Below are positions 9,168-19,200 of a stretch of 64,000 nucleotides of DNA, one piece after another. Position 1 is the stretch's first letter. The number at the start of each line of letters is the position of its first letter. The stretch spans positions 128,001 through 192,000 of the forward strand of contig CBFHKU010000002.1 of the NCBI GenBank assembly GCA_965656495.1, in the 5' to 3' direction. This DNA is from Coraliomargaritaceae bacterium (lineage in GTDB: Bacteria; Verrucomicrobiota; Verrucomicrobiia; Opitutales; Coraliomargaritaceae). Below the pieces are notes generated by a model. It was not told the origin of the DNA, did not search any database, and saw only the letters and a program-made list of their open reading frames with translations. The translations under genes were made by a program, and so were the position numbers.

Positions 9168-11900
9168 TCACTCGGGTTCAACCTCGACTTCAACACAGAA
9201 GAAAGCCGCGCCCTCCACTTCCACAGTGTAGCTAATCTCTCCACCTGTGCCTACAATGTTGGAATCGAGAACGTTGAAACCATCCGATAGACGATTCGAT
9301 TTTTGAAGTTTATAGGTACGTCCTTCCACGCTGGGCCAGCGAATAACATAATCGCCTCCGGAGGAAGTCACATCCAATTCGACCGCCCATCCTGAGCTGG
9401 ACTGCAATGGGTCAGTTCCGGCAATGTACTCTTGCCACGAGGTGAAGCCGTCGCCATCGGTGTCGAGCTGATCAATGGCTTCGTAGTCATCGCCGATCAG
9501 TCCTTGATCATAGAGCCAGTGGTATGGGGTTCCTTTAGCAGAGTAGCGATATTCAAAGCCCTTGTCGTCATCTTTCGCTTTGAGCAGTTTCAGCTGGTCG
9601 ACATAGGGTTGAACATCGTCCACATCAACCGAATCGTTGCCGTCAACAAATTCACCAAATGGTCGCCCCTGAGCTACGAGGTAGGTGGTTAAGATGCCCT
9701 TCATCTCAGTTAGCTTGGCTTGGATGTCTGGGTCTGAGTTATAGGCGAGGTTATCGTCTTCGTCCGTATTGTTTTCAAGGTTGTAGAGCTGATCTAAATC
9801 GTAGCCGTTAGGGCGTTCTCTAAGAAGGCCTGTAACACGCTTCATATTGCCCACGTAGGCCAGCTTTTGTGGCATATTCAGACGTTTAGCCGCCTGAATT
9901 TCCGCAAAACGGTCCGAACCGTGTCGAACGGCAATATATTTCCATTTATCTGTGCGGACGGCGCGCCCGTAGCCCATTTCGAAATACAGGTGATCGTGCA
10001 CCTTGGCCGTAGGATCGGATAGAATTGGGACAATACTCGTTCCATCAATGTGATAACCTTCGGGCTCTGTCACTCCAGCAACTTCGAAAAAGGTTGGAAC
10101 CATGTCGGTGTTTTGAACCAAGTTGGTGCAAACAGACTCCGCCGGAACCACATCCGGCCAGCGAACGATAAAGGGAATGCTGGTCCCATTTTTCTCGTTC
10201 AGCGAAAATTTGCCGCCGGTTCCGTGATCCGTGACAAAGACAAAGAGTGTATTGTCATCGATTTCCAAGTCCTTGAGTTTATCGAGCATGGCCCCGAGGG
10301 TCGCATCCATCCAAGTAAAGCCTTTCGTCTCGTCACTAAACCCTGCCGCTTCAACCAAACCGGGGATGCTGCTGCGAAACTCCGGGTCTGGTGCCTCGTC
10401 GAGTAGGCCCGCACCGGAATAGAGAGGATAATCCAAAGCTGCGTTCCAGTTTTTTGATCCGCCATGCATCATGGTAGTGCAGTAGTGAAGATAAAAAGGT
10501 CGATCCTGATTCAGCTCTATAAATTCAAGTGCTGCCTCCAAGGTCCATTCGGGATTGTGCTTATTGTAAGGATTCTCCGTATTTCCCGCATAGACATTCT
10601 TCGCCCATGAAAAACCACGATCCACGATCCAACGCCGGATCGAAAGTTCGTGGGCTTTCCATTTGGCGATTACAGCAGAATCATTAGGATCATCATTCGG
10701 ACTAAAGCCAGTCTCATGTTCGGCACCGACGTGCAGCTTGCCAACGTGCCCGGTCACATACCCACCCAAACGTAGGACGTTGCCGACATTCATGTTGTCG
10801 TCCTCGAGCCCCACATTAAATTCGGGTGAACCGTGCTTGTCTACGGGGAAGTCCGCCAGATAGCTGGGCCAGGTGGAATTGCCCGGATAACGACCGGTGA
10901 ACATCGAGTAGCGCGAAGGTGTGCACACCGTCGCCACAACATGCCCGGCATCCATCCGCATCCCCTCATCGGCCAGACGATCAAGATTCGGCGTAAGGAC
11001 CTCTCCGCCGTAGCAGGCCACGTCGTCTTTATCCATGTCGTCAACGATGAAGAAAATAATGTTGGGTTTATCACCATCAATTGACTCATCGCGCACAGCG
11101 GCTGTGATGGGCTGAGCCCAAACTTCGGCACTCAAATCAGATTCATTCGACTCAACATCGCTTGCCGAAACCGCATAGTAATAGATCTCACCATTGGTCA
11201 CGGCCGTGTCCGTATAGGTGCTGTCGCTCGTGGTAAGCAAGAGGTCGGCACTTGTAACATTAGGACTGGTCGAGCGATATAATTTGTATTCGTTGGGCTG
11301 TCCCGTGGTATTATTGCTCCATTCAAATACGATCTGGGTCCAATCCAATTCGACCTGCGAATCGGTGGCAAAGGCTATCAGCCCCACAGCAGCCTTATGT
11401 TCTTCACTTTCGACTATACTAAAGGAAAATTTGGTATCGGGGTTCGAACTCGCTGTTTCACGATTGGCCCGTAGGCTATTAGCAGCGCCTTGTTCACCCA
11501 CAACTGGCGTGCCGTCTGTAACACCTACGCTGGTTAATGTAATACCCCCATCAAATTCCGTCCACGTAAAGTGGGTTAGGGTATTGTTGGCTGTATCGGG
11601 ATTAGACAAGATAGACAAGATGTCGCCGTTATCCGTATCTACGCCGACGTAATCGGTGGTGCCGGGCAAATTAAGAAGGATGTCCGAACCGGGTCCGTCG
11701 CCGTCGGCATCCAACACCGCAAATTTCAAGGCATCTTCAACGCTGGTGGCAGTCTTAACTACCAGTGTGGTGCCGTCTTGGGTCACATATCTATCCTCAT
11801 CAACATGAAGCAAACAGATGGTTTCGCCGATCGGTGGGTCCGCCTGCACCACGAGCGCCATAACAAATAATGATGCTAACGATATTTTGATTTTGATCAT
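9168..11900 (-). CDS. Multidomain secreted S1 sulfatase (beta-trefoil-like N-domain, FN3-like domain, sulfatase, C-terminal DxDGDG/EY.AGTDP module)
   Basis: Signal peptide; Y.LYRS..TYTDTAVTNG..YYYAVSA (FN3-like); PNIIFFIVDD; CTPSRYSMFTG; GKLH; DTDGDG..EYIAGTDP and WPSVEGRTYKLQ.S..L tail. Confidence 0.88.
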   Translation of the reverse strand: MIKIKISLASLFVMALVVQADPPIGETICLLHVDEDRYVTQDGTTLVVKTATSVEDALKFAVLDADGDGPGSDILLNLPGTTDYVGVDTDNGDILSILSNPDTANNTLTHFTWTEFDGGITLTSVGVTDGTPVVGEQGAANSLRANRETASSNPDTKFSFSIVESEEHKAAVGLIAFATDSQVELDWTQIVFEWSNNTTGQPNEYKLYRSTSPNVTSADLLLTTSDSTYTDTAVTNGEIYYYAVSASDVESNESDLSAEVWAQPITAAVRDESIDGDKPNIIFFIVDDMDKDDVACYGGEVLTPNLDRLADEGMRMDAGHVVATVCTPSRYSMFTGRYPGNSTWPSYLADFPVDKHGSPEFNVGLEDDNMNVGNVLRLGGYVTGHVGKLHVGAEHETGFSPNDDPNDSAVIAKWKAHELSIRRWIVDRGFSWAKNVYAGNTENPYNKHNPEWTLEAALEFIELNQDRPFYLHYCTTMMHGGSKNWNAALDYPLYSGAGLLDEAPDPEFRSSIPGLVEAAGFSDETKGFTWMDATLGAMLDKLKDLEIDDNTLFVFVTDHGTGGKFSLNEKNGTSIPFIVRWPDVVPAESVCTNLVQNTDMVPTFFEVAGVTEPEGYHIDGTSIVPILSDPTAKVHDHLYFEMGYGRAVRTDKWKYIAVRHGSDRFAEIQAAKRLNMPQKLAYVGNMKRVTGLLRERPNGYDLDQLYNLENNTDEDDNLAYNSDPDIQAKLTEMKGILTTYLVAQGRPFGEFVDGNDSVDVDDVQPYVDQLKLLKAKDDDKGFEYRYSAKGTPYHWLYDQGLIGDDYEAIDQLDTDGDGFTSWQEYIAGTDPLQSSSGWAVELDVTSSGGDYVIRWPSVEGRTYKLQKSNRLSDGFNVLDSNIVGTGGEISYTVEVEGAAFFCVEVEVEPE

Positions 11901-11931
11901 ATTTTGAATCCGTTAAATCTCCATCGGTGAA

Positions 11932-11979
11932 CTCGAAACCCTCGCAGGGCGTCTTCACGCAACGTAGGGGGCTTTCGAG
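11932..11979 (-). promoter_or_regulatory. Long stem-loop in the predicted 5' leader of the multidomain sulfatase
   Basis: Minus strand CTCGAAA-gcc-CCCT-a-CG-tt-GCGT-gaag-ACGC-cctg-CG-AGGG-TTTCGAG, lying between the predicted -10 (12005-12010) and the ATG (11900). Confidence 0.5.
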
Positions 11980-12004
11980 GTCATACTTCTTTTAAACGAT
12001 TTTT

Positions 12005-12069
12005 AGTATCGCACATACAAAAATACATGGCTTGGTATTTTTCGCCAAACTATTGGGAATTTCCGACGA
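12005..12069 (-). promoter_or_regulatory. Regulon promoter copy 1 (AraC-type direct repeat plus -10)
   Basis: Minus strand TCGTCGGAAATTCCCAATAGTTTGGCGAAAAATACCAAG-N20-GATACT (TGc extension). Confidence 0.8.
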
Positions 12070-12248
12070 ACTTCGTAGAGAAAATTCAATCTGAATTAGC
12101 CGCCATAGGTCAAGCGGCGCAAACCACCCAAACCCGAAAATTTCACGGATTTACCGTAGACGGGTTTTTATTTATTAAGCGTTAAGTTTGTATTCTTGAA
12201 TGAGCTGCAGGCTATTTTTCTTCATTTTCGCCCAAGCTCAGGTCCAAG

Positions 12249-14846
12249 CTAGGGGCGTTCGATATAGAAATCCAGTTTAGCACGTCCCCCTACACTCGCA
12301 TCACGCAACTCTCGACGTCCTACAATTCCCATCAACTGCGCATCTGCATCTCCGGTAATTTTCACCTGCGTGCCCTTCGGATTCAGGAAATTTACATTTA
12401 CCGCACGCAGAGATCCTCCGCTCATAAAAATACCTTCACCATGCCGGGTGGCATGTAAATTCTGTAAGAATAAATTACCGGCTTCTGACTCGACCAGTAA
12501 ATCCGGCGAACCCCACACCATGGTATTCACAAGGCTCGCTTCCGCACTGAACTTGGGGCCGACCTTAATCGCAGTCTTATCTTCCGATGACATCGCAACC
12601 AACTCCGAATTGATCATCGTGATACGCTCGCTGCCATGCTCAAAGAATACCCCGACCTTGGAGCCATCCGTTCCATGCCCGTGGGAAATACAATTCTTTG
12701 GACCACGCGACTGATTCTCCGTAAATCGAATTCCGCAAAGCGATCCATAGACAAAGTTCTGATAAAGGAATTGATTCTCGGTTGCTCCGATCGAGATCGC
12801 ATCAAGATTTTCTTTTTGCAACTCCCATAGAAGCTGACCGGTGCCACCATGGATACCGCCTTGAGCTTTATTGTCATAGTAACGATTCCGAGCCGGCGCG
12901 CGCGACCAATAGTGTGGGTTAAACTGCAAGTTACTCAGCTCTCCATCCACACTGCCACCACCAATCCAAACCCCCACTTTCAATGGTGAGCCCGACAGGT
13001 AATCCACATAGTGACGATCACAACGGTAGCTCATCAGATCCAAGTAGCGATAGGGGTTGGCTGCATTAACATCGATAATATAAATGTCGGCTCCCCTGCC
13101 CTGTATTAAGAATGGATACGATTTAACTGCCTCAACGCTCTGATTCGGATAATTAAACGAAACCCCGCGCAGCCCACTGTTGGCTGCCATCAGCACGCTG
13201 GGCGCATCGGAATTCGGGTAAATATGGAGCATACTGCCCCCGCCTTTTGTGTGATGCGGCACATCATGCACGCCGCGTAACTCGACAGCGGAAGGGATGC
13301 GCAGTTGACCATGAATCTCGTAATTCCCACCCGGCAAGAAAACCACCCCACCGCCATTGGCACTTAGCTGGTCCATCGCCTGCTGGATCCGAGTGGTCAT
13401 GTCTTGACCTTTGCGTGACTCGACCACCTTTAATTGGCTGCTACCTGGCTTATAACTACGCTCCGGTTTAAAGGGATAAGGTGGAATCTTAACCAACTCA
13501 GGCGCTTGATCCGACACCTGTAAGATCGAAGCCTTCGCCTTATTGTGGATCATCTGCTTCTCATCCAAAGCCTCGTTTGCGGCCAAGGTAACACCACTGA
13601 CATCTTCACCGATATGGATCGTGGAGGAACGGTCTTTAAACGCGCACCGAACCATGGAGAGGCTTCCATGTTGCAAATCCACCTCACCCCGCTCAATACG
13701 ACATTGCTCCATTAAAACGACGCCGTCGCCACGCGATTCAATCGCTTGCTTACCATACAAAATACAGGTCGAGAACAGCACTACCGAATCAAACTTCGGG
13801 CTTAACAGCACCGCCTGATCCTTCCCCTGGAAAAAGCACTCCGTAAAGATCATGCCATAGGGGTTCGTCTTATCCACCGCGAGTGCGATACCACAATTGC
13901 GCAGAATCAGTCGACGAAACTGCGCATTTGCCGCCCCCCGCTCGCCTTCACTCACCTTGAAACCAATACCGTAACCAGTGATAAAGACACGATCTACATA
14001 CTCCCAATCACTGCGTAGCATGTGAATGCCGACGGCCTCTCGCATCAACCAAGCGGCAAGCGGCCCATTGGCAGCAGGAGCCCCGGTCAATCCACTTTGC
14101 ACCCAATAATCCGGAGAAAAATAGACTTCCTGCAAACGCCCAATGTCCGTTGTCGAGTCGTAGCGAAACCCGGTTTTCAAAGGCGTGCCATATACATTGT
14201 GCACATAATGCAGCTCATTGGCTTGTGGCCCCACTTTGATGCCCAGGTATGGATTGACCAAAGTTAGGTTTTTGAAGGTCGCATTGTTCATACCGACCTG
14301 CTCCAAACAAAACGGATACGGCTGTATATCCGAAGCCGTCTGCTCCGGATACCAGATCGACAAGTCGCGTATACCGCCACTCGCACCCAAAGAAATGGCA
14401 GCAGGAGCCTTCGTTGTCCCCCGGTCGGCATACAGCATCAAGACAGTTCCAAGCACCTGACCTCCGGTTTTATGTGGCGATTGCCACTCTCCCCGAAGGA
14501 TGACCGATTCAGGGATTTTTAAGCGCCCTTTCAAGGCATACTTACCTTCCGGAGCGAACACGGTTCCACCACCCTCTGCAGCCATTGCATCCAAAGCTTT
14601 CTGAAATGCTTGGGTGCTATCCGATCCCCCATTTCGATCCGCACCAAAGTCGGTCACATCGTAGCCGGCAATCACAATGTCTGGAGTCGGATAGCGTGTA
14701 TCGACAATCTGCCAATTCGGGGCTCCTGCCCCATACACCTGCGATACAAAATAAAGGGCCAACAAGAGCCCTTTCCACACAATGCCTAATTTATCGATAC
14801 TCATACTTTGCCCCTCGCATGGCTCCGAATCACTGTCACCAGCCAT
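12249..14846 (-). CDS. Tandem beta-helix (pectate-lyase-3 superfamily) glycoside hydrolase/lyase
   Basis: Two N-cap motifs: DVTDFGAD..G..DST.AFQ.ALD...GGGTVFAPEG.Y and DMT..IQ.AMD...GGGVVFLPGG.Y. Signal peptide present; the true start may be ATG 14804. Confidence 0.8.
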   Translation of the reverse strand: MAGDSDSEPCEGQSMSIDKLGIVWKGLLLALYFVSQVYGAGAPNWQIVDTRYPTPDIVIAGYDVTDFGADRNGGSDSTQAFQKALDAMAAEGGGTVFAPEGKYALKGRLKIPESVILRGEWQSPHKTGGQVLGTVLMLYADRGTTKAPAAISLGASGGIRDLSIWYPEQTASDIQPYPFCLEQVGMNNATFKNLTLVNPYLGIKVGPQANELHYVHNVYGTPLKTGFRYDSTTDIGRLQEVYFSPDYWVQSGLTGAPAANGPLAAWLMREAVGIHMLRSDWEYVDRVFITGYGIGFKVSEGERGAANAQFRRLILRNCGIALAVDKTNPYGMIFTECFFQGKDQAVLLSPKFDSVVLFSTCILYGKQAIESRGDGVVLMEQCRIERGEVDLQHGSLSMVRCAFKDRSSTIHIGEDVSGVTLAANEALDEKQMIHNKAKASILQVSDQAPELVKIPPYPFKPERSYKPGSSQLKVVESRKGQDMTTRIQQAMDQLSANGGGVVFLPGGNYEIHGQLRIPSAVELRGVHDVPHHTKGGGSMLHIYPNSDAPSVLMAANSGLRGVSFNYPNQSVEAVKSYPFLIQGRGADIYIIDVNAANPYRYLDLMSYRCDRHYVDYLSGSPLKVGVWIGGGSVDGELSNLQFNPHYWSRAPARNRYYDNKAQGGIHGGTGQLLWELQKENLDAISIGATENQFLYQNFVYGSLCGIRFTENQSRGPKNCISHGHGTDGSKVGVFFEHGSERITMINSELVAMSSEDKTAIKVGPKFSAEASLVNTMVWGSPDLLVESEAGNLFLQNLHATRHGEGIFMSGGSLRAVNVNFLNPKGTQVKITGDADAQLMGIVGRRELRDASVGGRAKLDFYIERP

Positions 14847-14894
14847 ACTTCTACAAATCTAATGTGCGCTTCAAGAGTGTTGCTGTAGTCTGAA

Positions 14895-15560
14895 TTACAG
14901 CTCTTTAATTTTGATCTTTCGCCAAGCGACTTGGAAAGGGCCCGTTCCTTTTTTAATACCATGAATCTGTAAGCCAATCAGGCCACTTGGATTGCTCGCA
15001 TGGCGTTCCGCTGGAACAGTCGTCGTGATGACCTCGTTACCGTTGATCCACGTGGTGATCTGATCGCCCTTGGCGACCACACGGAAATGATTCCATTCAC
15101 CATCCTTGAAGAACGTGTGCGCTTTCTTGCTATCTTTCGGGGTCAGCCAGGTTTTCCAGCCCTGCCCATAGATATTGCCCGAACCATTCTTTTCAAAATT
15201 CCGCCCAGTGACTTCCACCTGCGGACCGTAAACCGCACCGTATTTTTCGCCCTTTTTGGGTTCGAACGTCTTCGAGCGAATCTGTACACCCGAGTTCAAT
15301 TCGTTGTCGATCAGCTTGGTCTCAAACTCGAGTTCGAAGTCGGCATAGTCCTTATTGGAACATAAGAATGTAGTGCCCAAGCCGCTCTTCGCAGTTCCAA
15401 TAATTGCACCGTCTTCCACCCGGAAAGAGCCTTCTTTGGTTTTTTCTGTCCAGCCGTCCAGGTTCAGACCATTAAACAGTTCAACCCAGTCGCCTGCACT
15501 CGCGGTTAGGCTGGCGAGTACGCTGAGACTCAGCACGAAGAGAATTTTTGTGTTACGCAT
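14895..15560 (-). CDS. DUF1080 (3-keto-disaccharide hydrolase family) protein
   Basis: Signal peptide; LFNG.NLDGW; NSGVQIRS; GEWNHFRV...G..I.TWING; G.IGLQIH; WRKIKIKEL. Confidence 0.92.
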   Translation of the reverse strand: MRNTKILFVLSLSVLASLTASAGDWVELFNGLNLDGWTEKTKEGSFRVEDGAIIGTAKSGLGTTFLCSNKDYADFELEFETKLIDNELNSGVQIRSKTFEPKKGEKYGAVYGPQVEVTGRNFEKNGSGNIYGQGWKTWLTPKDSKKAHTFFKDGEWNHFRVVAKGDQITTWINGNEVITTTVPAERHASNPSGLIGLQIHGIKKGTGPFQVAWRKIKIKEL

Positions 15561-15587
15561 TGTTCGTTCGATTGAATTGAACCTCAG

Positions 15588-15652
15588 ATGATCTCACAAA
15601 ACATGAGATCCCGCTTGGTCTAAATCGCCAAAAACCTAGCTTTTTCCGCCAA
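15588..15652 (-). promoter_or_regulatory. Regulon promoter copy 2
   Basis: Minus strand TTGGCGGAAAAAGCTAGGTTTTTGGCGATTTAGACCAAG-N20-GATCAT (TGa extension). Confidence 0.8.
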
Positions 15653-15759
15653 CCAGAGACCAACAGCGCCCAGTTTCTTACGATGAAGCGGTTGTATCAA
15701 CCGTTTATACAACTTCCCCTGTCCTTCCCGACACTGATTGACTTAACTGAAACGCGGTT

Positions 15760-15898
15760 CTAGAGCATTCTGCATTTAGTCTGAAGGTGTGGGTAGGGTT
15801 CGATATCCTTATCGAATCGCGACTGTATTCCCACGGAGCGTTAAGGATAACGCTCCCTACCAGCGATGACTCGTCAACTTAAGTGCAGAATGCCATAG
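15760..15898. repeat. MITE-like element with ~21-bp terminal inverted repeats enclosing an inverted pair of GTAG-type REPs
   Basis: Left end CTAGAGCATTCTGCATTTAGT; right end reverse complement CTATGGCATTCTGCACTTAAGT. Inner REPs: GGTAG-GGTTCGATA-TCCT-TATCGAATC (15792-15818, +) and GGTAG-GGAGCGTTA-TCCT-TAACGCTCC (15835-15861, -). Confidence 0.75.
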
Positions 15899-15921
15899 CA
15901 ACTATTCTTCAGAATCACAGC

Positions 15922-16110
15922 CTACTTATTCCCCAAAATTCGGATTCCATCCTTCTCTCCCGGAAGCCGAGTTGCCACCTGCTTTTTATTAAGCCAATTG
16001 CTTGGGTTCTCCCAGCTCGAATCAACGCCGCGTTTAAATCGGAAGATGTCCGCTGAAGCGGTAGCCACGGCGAGCGTTACCAATAGTCCTAGAAGGCGGT
16101 GCGTTGTCAT
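15922..16110 (-). pseudogene. N-terminal fragment of a secreted protein
   Basis: 62 aa: signal peptide (LLGLLVTLAVATASA) then SSWENPSNW.....LPGEKD, a motif that usually opens long secreted PVC proteins. Stops 24 bp from the REP/MITE element. Confidence 0.55.
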
Positions 16111-16166
16111 TTTTCAAGTAGATGGCGAGTAATTCACAAATACTACCCACACGCATACCACAAAAA

Positions 16167-16184
16167 AGAAGAAACGTTTAATCC
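16167..16184. promoter_or_regulatory. Putative LacI-family operator
   Basis: Minus strand GGATTAAACGTTTCTTCT shares GATTAAACGTTT with the site at 55717. Confidence 0.55.
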
Positions 16185-16279
16185 ATGTGATAGAATAGCG
16201 ATTCAAATCCATTTCCCTCAGGACATATCCCCTAATTGATTCGTTTGAATGATTAAGACGCCGATCAATCCGGCGCGAC

Positions 16280-19200
16280 TCAATTGGCCACCTTCAGGCG
16301 GACCGGCCCCAATAACCCAGCTTTACCCAGCTGGTCATCTTTCTCAAAGATCGGGCAAGTCGCGAAGGTATAGCGATTCTGCTCAGGACGTGGCGTGCCG
16401 TTTTTCAACCAATCCGGCACCGCGCTCAAGATCCCCCGAGTCAATTCAAAGTCCATCGGGTGTTGCTGGTCGCCAATCATTCGATTGCGCCAGAAATTAA
16501 TGACCTCAATCTCCAGCATGTTCTCGCCCGCGATAATGTGGTCTGTGATATCAGCGGCAAAAGGTGGTAACCACGCAACACCGACTTCTTGGCCATTAAG
16601 GATCACTTTAGCGACATCTTTAACGTCTCCCAGCTCAAGCAGTAAGCGCCCATCAGTCGGTTTTTCTATGTCCAAAGTTTTACGGTAAATCGCTTTTCCA
16701 GAGTAATACTGAATCGCCTCCTCCGGACGTTGATCCCATGAATCCAATGCATCAAACGATGCCTGTTCGGGTCCGCCCCATACTGGGTCAAACGAAAGCT
16801 CCCATGGCCCAGTCACCTCTTTGAGCAGTGTTTTATCTGTAGTTAAAAGGGGTGCAGGCTCAACTGAATCAGCTGGCTTAAATACCACAAACTGTGATCC
16901 GAGTTTTTCAAATGGAATGGAAATCAGCGTGCGTCCGTTGGCTTCCTCGAATGGAACGGAATAGATGTAACCCGTTGCTGGGTCCCAGAGTTGTGGCGTT
17001 TTACCACTCACACGAAAACTGCAATCAATGGTTTCCGGCTCTAGAAGATGGCTATTCACAAAGTAGATATCGGTTTCACCATCTAAGCGGTGAATATATT
17101 CAATCGGATCATTTGCCGTATTATAGGCCTTCCACATCGGCGACTGGATACGAGTGAAGTCCACCTTGAAATCGGGCTCTAGGCCGAGCTGCTGTTCGAT
17201 TTCAGCAAAATTGGCCGCTTCAAAAACACGCCCCTTTCCATACTGACCATCATTCCAAAGCTTATCCGCGAGCGCTTGTAGTTGCTCATCACTCTCGGCC
17301 ATCCCACCCGTCAAACCGGGGGTGCGAACCGGCTTAGGCCCGACAACCGTCGCACCAGATTTGACCAGCTTTTCGATCGATTGAAGCACATGCAGCGGCA
17401 TAGTTTGATTATTGGGCAACTGCAGGAAGCGATAGCTCATGCCATTCGGACAGACGATATTACCCGCGGCATCGACCTCGAACAGATCGGTAATCGCACC
17501 GGTATCACAACCATCGAAGTCATAACCTGCTGGCACATTACCGGGTAGTTTATCCCGAAACGGCAGAGTATTGGGAATGTCATCCCCGACGTAATAGACG
17601 AAGTCGCCAACAAAGCGGCCGGAGCGCAGCAAGGCTTCACATCGAGCAAAGTAAGCCGACAGCTTGTCCATATGCTCCCACCAAGTGTTCGTATGCATAC
17701 CGTCAATCGGTCCATACGGCCCCCATGTCAAACCGGGCTTGATGGAATCGTCCAGCGGTTGGAGGCAGGTGCCATGTAGCGAAACCGTAGTGAGCCCCCG
17801 GCAAAAGGCAGCATCGGCAATCGCTTTCATACGTAGCGGTCCAAGCATGTTGTGCGCATAGGAAGTGAAAGATTCGCCGATTATTTGCTGCTCTTCCGGT
17901 TTGATTTCGTTGTAGAGATGCACCGCAGACGAGCCATTTTTGATATCCTGACGAATGCTGTAATGCGGATATTCGGCTTCGACCTCGCGTTTCGATTGCA
18001 CCCAAAATTCGCCAATAGGCACATCCACCTGCTTCTGGTAGTTGACCGCATCATACATGAACTGCTGAGCTCCGCCATTATCGCCATAAGAGCGAAGGCC
18101 ATCCTTGTGAGCCAGCCGAGTGCGTTCGCCCATGTAGTTTTCCGCCATCAAATCGGCAATGGTTCGGCGAAAGTCGCGTAGAAAACGCTCGGATGCATCG
18201 AAACTGCCCAACACATATCCGCCGCATAGAACGGGAAGATAAGGCTTCAATGAATAGCCGCGACGAGCCTGGAATTCTTCAGACATCCGCTGCGTCCAAT
18301 TCTGCGTTTTGCTTTCGTAGCTCTCCGCATAGATCGCCATCGGCTGATGTTCAATGCCTTCAGCACGCGCCATTTTGACGATACGTCCGACCAAGTTGCT
18401 GTAGTTTACCGCAACACCTGAAGGCGAAAGTTTGTCGACCGTCATATACGGTTCATTTTTACTGCCATGTGTATATTTTCCGTTGAAAGTATATCCGATA
18501 CGTAAGATGCGCCAATCACCTTGTGGCAATTCGGCATTCAAACGGCCCTGATCGTCCAAAGCATCGGTCAAATCAATCACTTCATCGAGGGCGATGCCGG
18601 CGCTCTCATTAACAAAACCTCTTTCTTCGAATTGATTCTTCTTTGCAATTCCATTGCCATGACCATGTGGGTAACCACTCCCGTTTTTTAAATGCAGGTT
18701 GTGAATGCCAGCCTCACCACGGAGATCAAAACCAGAGAGGTCCTTAGGAATGGATCGAGCAAATTGTAATCGCACACGCGACGCACGGACCGTCTCTAAG
18801 TTGGAAGCATAAAAAGGTCGGCTCGCCTTACAATTCGTTCCGAACGACACTTCGTTACCAACAGAATTATTATTTTGATCAAAGAACTGAACCGTACATT
18901 CCACCTTAAACTTTACCCCGCTCCCCTGATGAAGGCTCATATAACTAATATCTGTCGGTTGGGATAACACGAAGTCAATATAGTCTCCGCCCTCTGCCTT
19001 ATCGCCTGCTTGAACTGTTAAGCTTTGGCCATTAAATTCGAAGGGCTTATCTTGGTAGAACTTGCTACTCGAAAAGACTTCAACACCCTGAGCCAAAGAG
19101 ACATCATTCGACAATGCGGGTAGCGCGAGGCAGGCGACATCTCGATAGTAAGACTCACGCGTGAGCGGCTGCGAGAGTTGAATGTTGTTTAAGCGACCGC

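Noticed and set aside
15685..15716. Overlapping alternative hairpins AAGCGGTTG-tat-CAACCGTTT and GTTGTAT...ATACAAC
   Set aside because: Short, with no T-tract on the minus strand and no second copy; insufficient support for a terminator or switch.
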